Source: Nemertoderma westbladi (Eukaryota > Animalia > Xenacoelomorpha). From it: a stretch of DNA of 64,000 bases. This document shows positions 12,126-26,361 of the stretch, in pieces. The translations under genes were made by a program, and so were the position numbers. The notes under the pieces are model-generated. The model made no database searches, was not told the origin of the DNA, and saw only the letters and a program-made list of their open reading frames with translations. Position 1 is the stretch's first letter, and each line of letters starts with the position of its first letter. Location of the stretch: contig JAUCBJ010009083.1 of assembly GCA_032718475.1 (NCBI GenBank), forward strand, positions 62,001 to 126,000, in the 5' to 3' direction.

Positions 12126-13913
12126 GTACTGCCTGACAGTAGTTTGTTATTCTTGAGCAATATGCCTCGTGGTATGAGGAGAACAACAGCAAGACGTTGC
12201 AGAAGTAACATGGTATATTTATAAAATACAGTATTATAGGATGGGATCTAGGGGTCTTACCTTAACCTCGAATGATAAGTTTATTTTACCGAAAATAACT
12301 TATCTTTTATTGGCGCAATTGTAGGACTAATCCCATCACATGCGTACTTTTTAACCGGGTTGTGTACAAATTTAGGAATCGCGTAATTTTTCTTGAAATT
12401 AATATCTCATATCTCTCCAAACCACGTACGCGGTTCGACCTTACTGAGTCTCATCATCACCTCGAAAATACAGCTTTCCAACACATTGTTACTATCAGTA
12501 CAGTACATGCAACTTTTTAAAGTTCATATCTCAGCAATTCCTGAAGAAACTCAGAGTTTGTTACTGTACACAAAAAGCCAATTGGGGTGTTGTTTCAGCC
12601 TTCTCATAGGGTTAATGTAAAATTAATATTGAAATATTAGTGCCTAGAAGTAAACATTTTACTGTAAACTGCGTTCCTAAATTTAGTTTATTGTTTTGGT
12701 TAGAAAAGCCTGCCATTATAACCTGCTACTTTCCTTTAAATGATACCTTAAATGGTGAATATCGAAAACAAATATTTGCGAAATTAAGTTAATATGTTAA
12801 AATAGCCTGAACCGACACCGCAATTGATAATATGCTTACTGGGTACCACAGTATAGTTTGATGCAAGTTGAGTGAAAGTTGGGTGGAAGCTTGGTGTAGT
12901 TAGGTGAAAGTTGAGTGTACTGTACATGGCGGTGTTTAGGCAGACCGGAGCTTTGCTAAACACAAACAAGCTATCGCAATATGCAATAGGAAGACTCAAG
13001 AGTCCTTTCAGCCTTTGCTGGAGAAGTTAAATTTTGCTATTTTGATTGGTTGATGATGAGTGGGTTTCCTGCTTTGTGCCAGTCAGAACGAAGTGCAGAA
13101 GTGACAATCTTACTACTGTACGTACAGACAGACGTAGGCCATATGACTGTACTTTGTACAACTGGTACTGTACTGTACAACCGGTAGTACAGTGACAGTA
13201 GTCTGGTAGTAATAAGTAACTAGTACAGTAGTACTGTAGTATACAGGTATAGGCCTACCTACCGTCTGACAGTGCTGCAGACCTGCCTACTAGCTACTAC
13301 TACTGGACTACAGACTATACCTGTATACTACAGTACTACACTACAGAACTGACAGATACTGGATACATAACTAGTACTGCTGTACTGTACTGTAGTACCG
13401 GTATGGTACTGGGTACAGTGGTAGGCCTACCCCAGACCCCTACATACAGACGTACCGGTAATGCAGTAATGTCAAACAAAAATGATGTCTTACGTTCAGA
13501 CGTTACTGGTTACCGGTATCCATTATCGGTACGCAGTACCTATCTAACAATGCTAACATTGTACTACAGGACAGCCTAAGGTACCTGCCCACCTGGTACC
13601 GGTACAGCGGTAAGACTTTAACAGGCAGATAAATACTGTTTACCACCTCAGTCTGGGAGGCCTCCCTCTGACTCTGAATGTCTGACCTCCTTAAACATCA
13701 TTCAGTCATTACAGCATTAGGCCTACTGCTACTCCTGACTGCAATACTTCCAAAACTTGCGCCAGATAGTGCCATTAAACCGCGCCAGCTGGCCAGTGCG
13801 GGTCCGAAATCGCGCCAATACCAGCCTACAGTCTACAGAACAGACCTACCGGCACCGGTCAGCCGGTACTAGAAAATTTTTTAAAAAAACAAAAAAAAAC
13901 GTTAAACTGTTAA

Positions 13914-16551
13914 CCTTCCTATTACGCTCAAAAAAATATACATTGGCTATCCTCTGGGTCAATATGACCCAGTAACATTATGGTATATTTACATTAATAA
14001 AATGATAAATGGTGTTAGTTTGATACTTGTTCTAGGTGCTCCGGGAAATTTCCGTGTTTTTAGTAATTTTCCGAAAAATTTCTCGGAAATCTCGGAAAGT
14101 TCTCCGGAAATGAAAAAAAATTTTTTTTTCAGAATTTATAAAAAAATTCCAAAAATTAATTTTTTGCTAATTTATACTAATCTACTAAACTTACATGTGG
14201 CTTAAACTTTTATAGCCTATTTAGATTTTCATAAAAACATATTACTGTGTATTTATATATAATAAATATGATAATTATATATTTATTATTTATTTGCAAC
14301 CACCACATAAAATATAACCATGTAATTTAGACACAAATTTACCGCAGATACAACACTGCAAGTTATATTTGTTATCATTACCGCTGCAGATGTGGCAGCG
14401 AGCCCTCTTCTTGATCTCTGATATAGTTCCCACTTGTGCCTCGTACCTCGAACTTGGATCAGAAGGTGTACGTACCGCCTTGTTGGACGTCTCTTACACT
14501 TGCTTTGGAGTGCTCATCCCGTGGCATTACATCTCGCCGGATTACGTGTCTGCGGAATAATTCCTCCCCAAGCTGTTCCAAAAAAATTCGCCGTCGAAAG
14601 AGTTTGCCTTGATTCCAGTTTGGGTTTATCTCACGCCATATAACAAATGCATTGTAAGCAGCTATATCTAGCATATTGGAGAATACAACAACCGGCCACC
14701 GCTTTGTCATTCGTTTAGTTGAGTAGGTGACTAAACACTTTGCGGCGCTATCTACCCCTCCCTTCTCGCGATTATATTTGAGAATTATCTCTGGTTTTTT
14801 ATCCGATCGGGTTTGAGAAACTTCTGCATCCATGTGCATTGTGCTCATCAGTGTAACCACTTTTCCTTTCTTGGGACAGTAGGATACTATTGTAGTATCG
14901 TCAGTGTGCCCAAACAGGTTACTTAGTGGAATCCTACCGCGATGGTTGACGAAATCTAGGGGAAGTTCTGCTTTGTTCTTCCGGATAGTTCCAACAACAG
15001 TTTGGTGACGTTTTTTGAGTTCCTGCCCAAGCCTAAATGATGTAAAGAAATTATCGCAAGTGATATTACGGCCTGTAAGACCTTTAGATAGTTCAAGTAC
15101 AACTCGCATCCCTTGATTTATTTCCCGCGGTCCATCAACTGGCTTCCCAAGGTAAGGCTGAATAGCGTAAATATAGTCCCCTGCTGTTAGCATCCAAAAT
15201 TTGATCCCATACTTTTCCGGTTTACTTGGTATGTATTGCCGAAATCCACATCGTCCCCGGAACCCAACAAGTTGTTCATCAATACAAACATCCCCTGCTG
15301 GTGTGTATACCAGGGGCAGAACATCAACAAATTTCTCCCACAGCTCTCGAATAGGTTCAAATTTATCAGGAGATTTTCTCGCTAGTCTAGTCTCCTTGTC
15401 ATCGTATCGAACTACGCGATTTAGTTCGTAGAATCTCTGGAGTGACATAGTAGCTCGAAAAATAGGACGGTCAGTTGACGCTCACCGTTTGACCGATAGA
15501 CACCAGCGAGAAATAGAAGGCCAAGATAAGCATTCATTTCTACAATGTCCAACGGCTTCCATTTGCCGGGAAAAATTCGGTTTCCGTTCTTATTTGACAT
15601 CTCCAGTATCAATTTTTCCATGGATGGGTGGAAGAACATTTGAAATGTGGACGTAAGGTCATTACATCTTGCGATTGCATATCTTGTTGGGCCAGGCCTC
15701 TCCCTGATAATATTTCGATTGGGAGTCCGTCCTGCAATTGTAATAGGGGCTTTCTTCAATTGGATTGAATGATTTTTAGACAGGAAAAAATCAATAGATT
15801 TATTGGCCCCACCATTGCCCGTACCGGTATCTGCAGTTTCATCTTCGCTGACCTCTTCTTCAGATAAATCTGAAATAAACTCCTCTTCAAACCCACGAAA
15901 AATCTCACTTTCAGAACCATCAGACCCTGAAGATTCCGCTAAATCTACCGACTCTTCCGAAACATAGTTGTCCATTTATTCACTGTGGGACCTATGGTAT
16001 TAGGCTACAAACTTTGTGTCGGTAATTATTATTCTACAAGGCCAGGCCGGCCTACCCAATGTTTACTATTATTGAAACTGCCATATGGCCTACTTTTATC
16101 CCGGTACCGGTACGGTACCCAGTACCCAGTGCTCCCACATCAGTTTAGAACTAGAAATTTCACCAGACTTATAACATCTGAACATGCATACAGGCATACA
16201 ATCATGCAGTATGTTAACTGTTTGGTTAGAAACAAGGCCTACCGAAGTACTGTGAGTTGGTTGAGAAGTGAAATCCTGATCCACGCTTTATAAACTAAAT
16301 ACAACAAACAGTTATATTAAATTATATTGAAAATATAGCGCTGGGTCATTATGACCCGAAGATAGTTGATGGTAAAATTAAAATTCCTTGATTAAATCTT
16401 GGTGGCACAACAATTTTGACAGCAGATTCGGATTCAGTGCAAAAAATTAATAAAAGTCACTGACCTAGAGTGTCAGGTACTAAAGTTTTCGATAAAAATT
16501 TTATGATTGAAATTGCAAATGGGTCAATATGACCCGAGCAGAATAGGAAGG
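13914..16551 (-). mobile_element. piggyBac DNA transposon, full length
   Basis: TTAA TSDs at 13910-13913 and 16552-16555. TIR CCTTCCTATTnnGCTC. Palindromic subterminal GGGTCAWTATGACCC at ~13956, ~16343 and ~16521. Internal transposase. Confidence 0.95.
14290..15975 (-). pseudogene. piggyBac (PGBD4-like) transposase, frameshifted
   Basis: Split over ORFs 15421-15975 and 14459-15448. DDD motifs CIDEQL, TCDNFF and GGVDS present. The Cys-rich C-terminus (KRARCHICSG..QCCICGKFV) is out of frame at ~14290-14460. Confidence 0.9.
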
Positions 16552-17354
16552 TTAAACACATTTTCAAACCATTCGTCAGTTCGTTAATACAATTTGTTGT
16601 CCGGGTCTGCGGGTGGTGGGTGGGATCTCCAGATCTCTCTTTTGTTCTTTAAAACATCTGATATTTAATTGAAACAGCTGATTAGTTTGGAACATATGGC
16701 CTACTATAAATTATTTTTGGCCTACAGTATTCGTATAAATTATAAACGGTGTTTCTCCAGAATTATATAATTTCATTGGTCATCAATGTGTTTCCATTTC
16801 AATAATTAACAATTCAATATACTGCAGTACTGCTGTACTGTACTACTGTACAGCTGTATGTATGTATTATTGACTTGAATTCTACAGAATATGGATGTAT
16901 TGTTATTTTGTCTTTTAAGAAACACACAAAGTCAATCTATCAATTTATGATTAGAGAACAATTTTAACAATACAAAATGTAAATGAAACGCGAGCTAAGC
17001 AAGCGAAATTTTTTTGTGGCAAATTCTTATTCTCACTTCTGCACTTTGCACGAACTTAAAGAGCTTTGAGAGCACAAGCTTTGATAGCCCTCCTGTCATG
17101 TCGCTCAGCGCCAGGCGCCAGGGCACTCAAATCGCGCCTCTCGCACCGCGCCAGTTCACAATATTCTGCAAATCGCCCCGGAGAGACCTTACCAGCTTAC
17201 TTCGCGCCAGATATATTCTTCTAACTGGTGTATGTATTGCAGTCGGGCGCCTACTGGCCTACTCCTACTGCATTACTGAAACAGGATAGGCCTAGAACTT
17301 TAGAATCTTAGAACCCGAAATTAAGAAAATCTTCCACTAGCATTAAAATATAAA

Positions 17355-17957
17355 ATGGCCGACGAAGCAAACAAAGATCATGAACTTCCATCTGAAGATG
17401 AGCCGATAGCCGAAGGCGCTCCGGGATATGTTCCAGCTGCAATGAAATCACTCGACGAGATACAGGCGTTGGACGCAGAGGACGAATCTCTAGTCCGATA
17501 CAAACAGACTCTTTTAGGCGACGTAAACAAAGCTGCGGACCCCAGCCTCCCCAACGTTGTTGTGGAGTCATTGTCCTTCGTAGTGGCCGGCAGAGATGAC
17601 GTGGTTCTGGACCTTACCGGAGACCTGGCCAAAGTTAAAGATCACGAGTTTATTATCAAGGAGGGCTCGGAATACAAGTTAAAGATAGGCTTCCGTGTGA
17701 ACCACGAGATTGTAGCTGGTTTGAGGTACCAGCACGTGGTCTATCGTAAAGGAATAAAGGTTGATAAGGCGTCCCTGATGGTCGGTTCCTATGGCCCTAA
17801 AGCTGAAGGCCAGAATTACCTAACCCCGATGGAGGAAGCGCCCTCTGGCATGGTATCTCGGGGCCACTACAAGGTAAAGAGCAAATTTATAGACGACGAT
17901 AAGAAATGTTTTCTCAGTTGGGAGTGGGGCTTTTCCATTAAGAAAGATTGGTCTTAG
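17355..17957 (+). CDS. ARHGDI: Rho GDP-dissociation inhibitor, single-exon CDS
   Basis: 200 aa with DESLVRYKQTLLG, FIIKEGSEY, MVGSYGPK, EEAPSGMVSRGHY and WEWGFSIKKDW, all typical of RhoGDI. Confidence 0.97.
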   Translation: MADEANKDHELPSEDEPIAEGAPGYVPAAMKSLDEIQALDAEDESLVRYKQTLLGDVNKAADPSLPNVVVESLSFVVAGRDDVVLDLTGDLAKVKDHEFIIKEGSEYKLKIGFRVNHEIVAGLRYQHVVYRKGIKVDKASLMVGSYGPKAEGQNYLTPMEEAPSGMVSRGHYKVKSKFIDDDKKCFLSWEWGFSIKKDWS

Positions 17958-20900
17958 TATCCGTTATATTGATTCCGTTATATCGATACCGTTATATGCC
18001 ATTAGTAGTCGATAATTTGCTGAGCTGTTTTTAAAATTTATTGTTGATTATTTCCTGTGCTAATTGATTTTCAAGACTGTTATTATGTGAAGCAGGGCTT
18101 TATTATTATTATTATACTAATACTATATACTTACTAAATGGTCTACTATTACAGGGTACATTTAGTAATATACATATTTCATACATATACAAAGCTTTCA
18201 AAAATATATAACTTAATATAACTATAATCTTAACTTAATCTAACTATATATTACTTAATATAATGATCCATCTGCTTAAATTTTGCGCCCCTGGAAAGAC
18301 AGTTTTGAGATTTCACACCGAAAAAACATAATTTCATTATTCGAGTTACTACTATTACTACAGTTTGTTATTTATTTGTTTGATTCTATATTCTTGAAGA
18401 CTAGTCTGACAACCCACTGGGCTATATTTTATGAAAATTTTAGATGATTTTGATTTCTAGTTGTAGGTTTATATATGATATATTATGGATTATGCTGCTA
18501 GATAGGATTAATTACGGATTCTCTATATGCCATATATATTTAGTACAATAAATGAACGAATCGTTGTTATAATGAACTCTTATAACTAATATGGTGATAC
18601 TTCCCACCACTGTGCCTGTTCTTGTATTCTATTCTCCTTTATATTATTTTAATAAAGTGAGTCATGTGATACATGATCTTAATTATCTTACTAGGATCGG
18701 CATGCTGCATTGCAGCTGCATTTTTAAGAATGCTGTGCCGGCTTATGACGGGTTTTGTGCCGGGTATTTTTAATTATCTTGAGTAATAATAGTCGAAATC
18801 AATTCAATGATGAAATGATTTATAAAAAATAGGGTATTTCACGTGTATACATTGTGTAAAATCACTTCTTCCTCTTATATTGGCTGTTGCCAAAACGAAA
18901 ACACAGGGTGTAGAACTCCCGACGAGGTTACGCTTGATTTATTCAGTGTTTACATTTATGTCTACATTCTCAAGACCAGTGTCTTGAGACCATCCACCTT
19001 TTTTCACTAAATTCTGGTAAACGGTGCAAGAAAGCAAGGATGGCATAACGAAACAAAACAAAAAAGCATATTTCGCTATAACGAAACGAAAAAATAACAA
19101 CGAAAAAATGTTCAACGAAACTAAAAACGAAAAGTGTTTCGTTTCGTTAAAATAAAAAGTTTTTAAAAATTACGATATAAATTCAATAATATATTAAAAT
19201 AATTGAAAAATTATAATTGATATTCTCCATAATTGTTGTAATGTAAATAGAGTAAATTATTTCCATCAATACAGCAACCTTTTTGCCTACCAGTTACCAA
19301 TACCAGTACCATTATGCAATGCAACAGCCTAGGGGGGACTACAGAAGAACAAACTGTAATAAGGCACTAAGGCAATACTGATAGTAAATTGCTAAGAACA
19401 TACAATTACACAATAGAGCAACTGACGTATACTTAAGCATTTCACCTGCCGGGACATTCTGTTATTATAACAGACCAGTATAGCCTATAAAACTCAAAGG
19501 CTGCAAGACCTACCGCCTTGTAGCCTGAGGGGTATGTAGTCAACACCTGTATATTGATAGAATTATAATTTACTTCTATATTGTACTAAATTATACTAGT
19601 GATGGGCCTTGCGGCCCAATAAGGAACCGACTTTTTATTTCAAATAAGAGACAACGAGAAATAGTATAGAACTACTAATTAGGTAAAAATACAATCATAT
19701 TTAATACAATAATTATTAATTGTTATTGGTATTTTTTGTTTATGTTTTTAATTCATCTTTGTCTGTATGTTCTTTAACATTTTATATAGGTGTGCTCTAT
19801 GAATTCTCCTTGGTTTCATATCAATTGCTATAAACCGTAAAATTAATACAAGAATACCGGTACACGAACTAATAAATTCGATATATTATTAGTTGCTCAA
19901 TTCTAGAACAAAATCGACCTGCAACTAGTGAAGACCTCGTTTTGGAATTTCGAAACCACGCTGGTGCGATGCGTGATATCGCGTTTAGTTAATAAATTGA
20001 AAACTCCATCAATTCATGTGCACCCAGTAATAAGAAATCGCGATAAATGTAATTAAATACAAATTATTCTAGAAAGATTTTCCTCAACAAGTATGAAGTC
20101 TTGGCATTGGTGACGCGAAACTAGGCTAGTGAGATTCAGGATATTGCGTTTAATATAAAAATCGAAAACCCCATCGAATTCCGTAAAGGCGTTAATAAAA
20201 TACTGCAACTTTTTTGAAATTGGTAAAATTCTAGAAATATAAAAAATTTATTTTTGAACGGCGATGTTTGGGATTTCGAAACATGGATGAAAGAGGACAT
20301 CGAATTAAGAGTAAAAATAAAAACCCCCTCGAATTTGGACCAAAAATTTACAAAAAAAAAACAAAAATTTACCCCCCCCCCCCCCCCCAGTCGCCAAAAA
20401 ATTATGCAAATTAAAAATGCGTTATTTTTGATGGCGAATCGAGTACTGAATCAGTACTGGCTACGAACAAATTTTTTTTGAAATTTTTTGTCAGTAAGAA
20501 AAAAAACAAAAACAAGATTTGATGTCTGCCTATGGTCAGAGAGTGATCCCACTCTGTAACTTGGCAATTGCTCAAATCCATTCAGCTGAATGGCACAGTA
20601 GAGTAAACTAAAGTAAATTCCCTCTACAATGTTCTGAAGGGGAGACTGACAGAGAGTAATCCAACAATAAAAACATTTTGCAATCAACAGTGAGTAACCT
20701 GATATAGATAATAAGCGGTGATTTTTACATTTCAAACTATGATGTTAGCCTATGGAGAATCATTAAGCTGAGTAAACATACAGCCTTTTAAACATACAGT
20801 TCAGAAACATACGTTCAAAAATTTTTGCTTTTTTCACTTCTGACTTTATCGCACCTCTGGCGGAAAAACTGTATAAAGGGTCAAGCCAAGGCCATGTAAT

Positions 20901-21802
20901 AACGTGATGTTAGTCTTAAATTGGTACTTTTTTGTTGCTTATTTTATCTAGAAAGCAAGCTGGCTGGCTATAAGAAGACCGTCCATAGACAAACAGGTAA
21001 ATAAACATACAGCATTGCCCATTGCTATGCTAACATGGATTATAATGCACAGATGAAAATGGCCATCTTAATGCTAAAGTGTACATCTTTAGTAAATTTG
21101 GCAAGCAAAATACTTCTAGGTTTCAGGAACCTTCATATTGAATAGCATAAAACTATTATTACAATATTAATTGATCTCAACTACCGCATATTCATTCCTT
21201 CTCCTTAATTAAGCCAACAAGAAATTTCAGCAAAAAATCAGTCATCTGATTTGACTTTCAAGACTGATTTGACTTTCAAACAGTTCGGTTAGTAACCTCA
21301 AATAGATGCTTCCTATGTAGCGTAGTTGGGTCCTTCCCCATTGAACAGCTTTGCTAACATTCAAGTAATCCCAGCCCCTAAATGTCATCATTATCCTATA
21401 AAATATTTGAACGGCCCTGTGCTTAAAATTCAATGAGATGGCCTCTCTCCTAACATAGCAGTGAGTAAGTAACCTTATAGATATTCACATACTGTCTGAG
21501 ATAGAGTGAGTGAGTAAACACAACTTACTAAAAAAAACTTTGCAATTAATATACTTATCTACAGTTTGGGCCTATCCATTCAATAGCATTATACTAAGCC
21601 CTCATTATCATTTTCTCATGAGCACCAACCAGCTGGAATTTCTATCATTGAGTCTATAGCAAGTTTCGTGTTAATGGGATATGGGGTTAATTTATATACC
21701 TAATATACAGTATATAATTTTTTTAGAAACTTTTTTCCATATCATGGGGTTGAGCTGCGTCGATTGATTTAACTTTCATTGACGGACGAGCTATAGGTTC
21801 GT

Positions 21803-24800
21803 CCGGGACCACATCATTGTTCATACTGAGAAGATCCCGGGACCAAATCATTGTTCATACTGAGAAGATCCTGGGACCACATCATTGTTCATACTGAGAA
21901 GATCCCGGGACCACATCATTGTTCATACTGAGAAGATCCCGGGACCACATCATTGTTCATACAGAGAAGATCCCGGGACCACATCATTGTTCATATAGAG
22001 AAGATCCCGGGACCACATCATTGTTCATACTGAGAGGATCCCAGGACCAAATCATTGTTCATATTGAGATCCCGGGACCACATCATTGTTCATATTGAGG
22101 AGATCCCGGGACCACATCATTGTTCATACTGAGAGGATCCCGGGACCACATCATTGTTCATACTGAGATCCCAGGACCACATCATTGTTCATATAGAGAA
22201 GATCCCGGGACCACATCATTGTTCATACTGAGAGGATCCCAGGACCAAATCATTGTTCATACTGAGATCCCAGGACCACATCATTGTTCATACTGAGATC
22301 CCGGGACCACATCATTGTTCATATTGAGGAGATCCCGGGACCACATCATTGTTCATACTGAGAGGATCCCGGGACCACATCATTGTTCATACAGAGAAGA
22401 TCCCGGGACCACATCATTGTTCATATAGAGAAGATCCCGGGACCACATCATTGTTCATACTGAGAGGATCCCAGGACCAAATCATTGTTCATACTGAGAT
22501 CCCAGGACCACATCATTGTTCATACTGAGATCCCGGGACCACATCATTGTTCATATTGAGGAGATCCCGGGACCACATCATTGTTCATACTGAGAGGATC
22601 CCGGGACCACATCATTGTTCATACTGAGATCCCAGGACCACATCATTGTTCATACTGAGAAGATCCCGGGACCAAATCATTGTTCATACTGAGATCCCAG
22701 GACCACATCATTGTTCATACTGAGAAGATCCCGGGACCAAATCATTGTTCATACTGAGATCCCAGGACCACATCATTGTTCATACTGAGAAGATCCCGGG
22801 ACCAAATCATTGTTCATATAGAGAAGATCCCGGGACCACATCATTGTTCATACTGAGAGGATCCCAGGACCACATCATTGTTCATATAGAGAAGATCCCG
22901 GGACCACATCATTGTTCATATTGAGAAGATCCCAGGACCACATCATTGTTCATACTGAGAGGATCCCAGGACCACACCATTGTTCATATTGAGAAGATCT
23001 CGGGACCACATCATTGTTCATACTGAGGAGATCCCGGGACCACATCATTGTTCATACAGAGAAGATCCCAGGACCAAATCATTGTTCCTATTGAGAAGAT
23101 CCCAGGACCACATCATTGTTCATATTGAGAAGATCCCGGGACCACATCATTGTTCATACTGAGAAGATCCCGGGACCACATCATTGTTCATACAGAGAAG
23201 ATCCGGGATCACATCATTGTTCATAATGATAAGATCCCGGGACCACATCATTGTTCATAATGATAAGATCCCGGGACCACATCATTGTTCATATAGAGAA
23301 GATCCCGGGACCACATCATTGTTCATACAGAGAAGCCCCGGGAACACATCATTGTTCATACAGAGAAGATCCGGGATCACATCATTGTTCATAATGATAA
23401 GATCCCGGGACCACATCATTGTTCATAATGATAAGATCCCGGGACCACATCATTGTTCATAATGATAAGATCCCGGGACCACATCATTGTTCATATAGAG
23501 AAGATCCCGGGACCACATCATTGTTCATACAGAGAAGCCCCGGGAACACATCATTGTTCATACAGAGAAGATCCCGGGACCACATCATTGTTCATATTGA
23601 GGAGATCCCGGGACCACATCATTGTTCATACAGAGAAGTCCCGGGATCACATCATTGTTCATAATGATAAGATCCCGGGACCACATCATTGTTCATATAG
23701 AGAAGATCCCGGGACCACATCATTGTTCATACTGAGAAGATCCCGGGACCACATCATTGTTCATACTGAGAAGATCCCGGGAACACATCATTGTTCATAA
23801 TGATAAGATCCCGGGACCACATCATTGTTCATACTGAGAAGATCCCGGGACCACATCATTGTTCATACTGAGAAGATCCCGGGACCACATCATTGTTCAT
23901 ACTGAGAAGATCCCGGGAACACATCATTGTTCATAATGATAAGATCCCGGGACCACATCATTGTTCATACAGAGAAGATCCCGGGACCACATCATTGTTC
24001 ATATTGAGGAGATCCCGGGACCACATCATTGTTCATACAGAGAAGTCCCGGGATCACATCATTGTTCATACTGAGAAGATCCCGGGACCACATCATTGTT
24101 CATACAGAGAAGATCCCGGGACCACATCATTGTTCATATTGAGGAGATCCCGGGACCACATCATTGTTCATACAGAGAAGTCCCGGGACCACATCATTGT
24201 TCATACTGAGAAGATCCCGGGACCACATCATTGTTCATACTGAGAAGATCCCGGGAACACATCATTGTTCATAATGATAAGATCCCAGGACCACATCATT
24301 GTTCATACAGAGAAGTCCCGGGACCACATCATTGTTCATACTGAGAAGATCCCGGGACCACATCATTGTTCATACTGAGAAGATCCCGGGAACACATCAT
24401 TGTTCATAATGATAAGATCCCGGGACCACATCATTGTTCATATAGAGAAGATCCCGGGACCACATCATTGTTCATATTGAGAAGATCCTGGGACCACATC
24501 ATTGTTCATACTGAGAAGATCCTGGGACCAAATCAATGTTCATACTGAGAAGTCCTGGGACCAAATTATTGTTCATACTGAGAAGATCCCGGGAGCACAT
24601 TATTGTTCATACAGAGAAGTCCCTCGACCACATCATTGTTCATACTGAGAAGATCCCGGGACTACATCATTGTTCATACTGATAAGATTCCGGGACCACA
24701 TCATTGTTCATACTGAGAAGATCCCGGGAACACATCATTGTTCAAATTGAGAAGATCCCAGGACCACATCATTGTTCATACTGAGAAGATCCCGGGACCA

Positions 24801-25850
24801 CATCATTGTTCATACTGAGAAGATCCCGGGAACACATCATTGTTCATACTGAGAAGATTCCGGGACCACATCATAGTTCATATAGAGAAGATCCCAGGAC
24901 CACATCATTGTTCATATTGAGAAGATCCCGGGACCACATCATTGTTCATACAGAGAAGATCCCGGGACCACATCATTGTTCATATTGATAAGATCCCAGG
25001 ACCACATCATTGTCCATACTGAGAAGATCCCGGGACCACATCATTGTTCATACAGAGAAGTCCCGGGACCACATCATTGTTCATACTGAGAAGATCCCGG
25101 GACCACATCATTGTTCATATTGATAAGATCCCAGGACCACATCATTGTTCAAATTGAGAAGATCCCGGGACCACATCATTGTTCATACAGAGAAGCCCCG
25201 GGAACACATCATTGTTCATACAGAGAAGATCCCGGGACCACATCATTGTTCATACTGAGAAGATCCCGGGACCACATCATTGTTCATACAGAGAAGTCCC
25301 GGGACCACATCATTGTTCATATTGATAAGATCCCAGGACCACATCATTGTTCAAATTGAGAAGATCCCGGGACCACATCATTGTTCATACAGAGAAGCCC
25401 CGGGAACACATCATTGTTCATACAGAGAAGTCCCGAGACCACATCATTGTCCATACAGAGAAGTCCTGGGACCACATCATTGTTCATACTAAGAAGCCCC
25501 GAGACCTCATCATTGTTCATACAGAGAAGTCCCGAGACCACATCATTGTCCATACAGAGAAGTCCTGGGACCACATCATTGTTCATACTAAGAAGCCCCG
25601 AGACCTCATCATTGTTCATACAGAGAAGATCCCGGGACCACATCATTGTTCATATTGAAACCACATCATTGTTCATACAGAGAAGCCCAGGGAACACATC
25701 ATTGTTCATACAGAGAAGTCCCGAGACCACATCATTGTTCATACAGAGAAGCCCCGGGACCACATCATTGTTCATGCAGAGAAGTCCTGGGATCACATCA
25801 TTGTTCATACAGAGAAGCCCCAAGACCACATTGTTCATACAGAGAAGCCC
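21803..25850 (+). repeat. ~34 bp minisatellite (31-34 bp variants)
   Basis: (CCCGGGACCACATCATTGTTCATACTGAGAAGAT)n over ~4 kb. All ORFs here are repeat translations. Confidence 0.97.
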
Positions 25851-26330
25851 ACCCATCAAAGATCAATCTAAAGCTAACTGTTAATAAAGAGAGGATGAAA
25901 TTATTAGTGAACATCGATAACTAATGGAAGTTACACAAATAATAATATAATTATATTATTGAATACATGCACCACCGTTAACAAAAATAAATAAATAGGA
26001 ACACAATATCTTCACAATACAAACAAAAATACACAATAAATTAAATTACCTGCTTGCAGAAACGAAAGTTTTCTATAAAGTACAGTATTAGTTATGTTGT
26101 ATTAATATTTTATAGCACATAAATAAAATTCAATTTCACTACCCACTACAAACAACCCTTAAAAATATCGCCATAATCACCATCATTATCCATTTAAGAA
26201 ATTTACATTATTATATTAGACTATCGGGACATTTATTACAACTTAACTTAGCCTATACGGCGAAGTCATTATGCGAACCACACATTTCAAATGCTGGCAT
26301 AGTTAATTCACACAATAGCACTATGAAGCA

Positions 26331-26336
<6 letters not shown>

Positions 26337-26360
<24 letters not shown>
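26337..26360 (+). repeat. (AG)n microsatellite
   Basis: Directly visible. Confidence 0.9.

Positions 26361-26361
<1 letters not shown>

Noticed and set aside
19036-19150. CAAGGATGGC followed by (AACGAA)n as a hAT left end
   Set aside because: No matching right TIR or TSD was found nearby.
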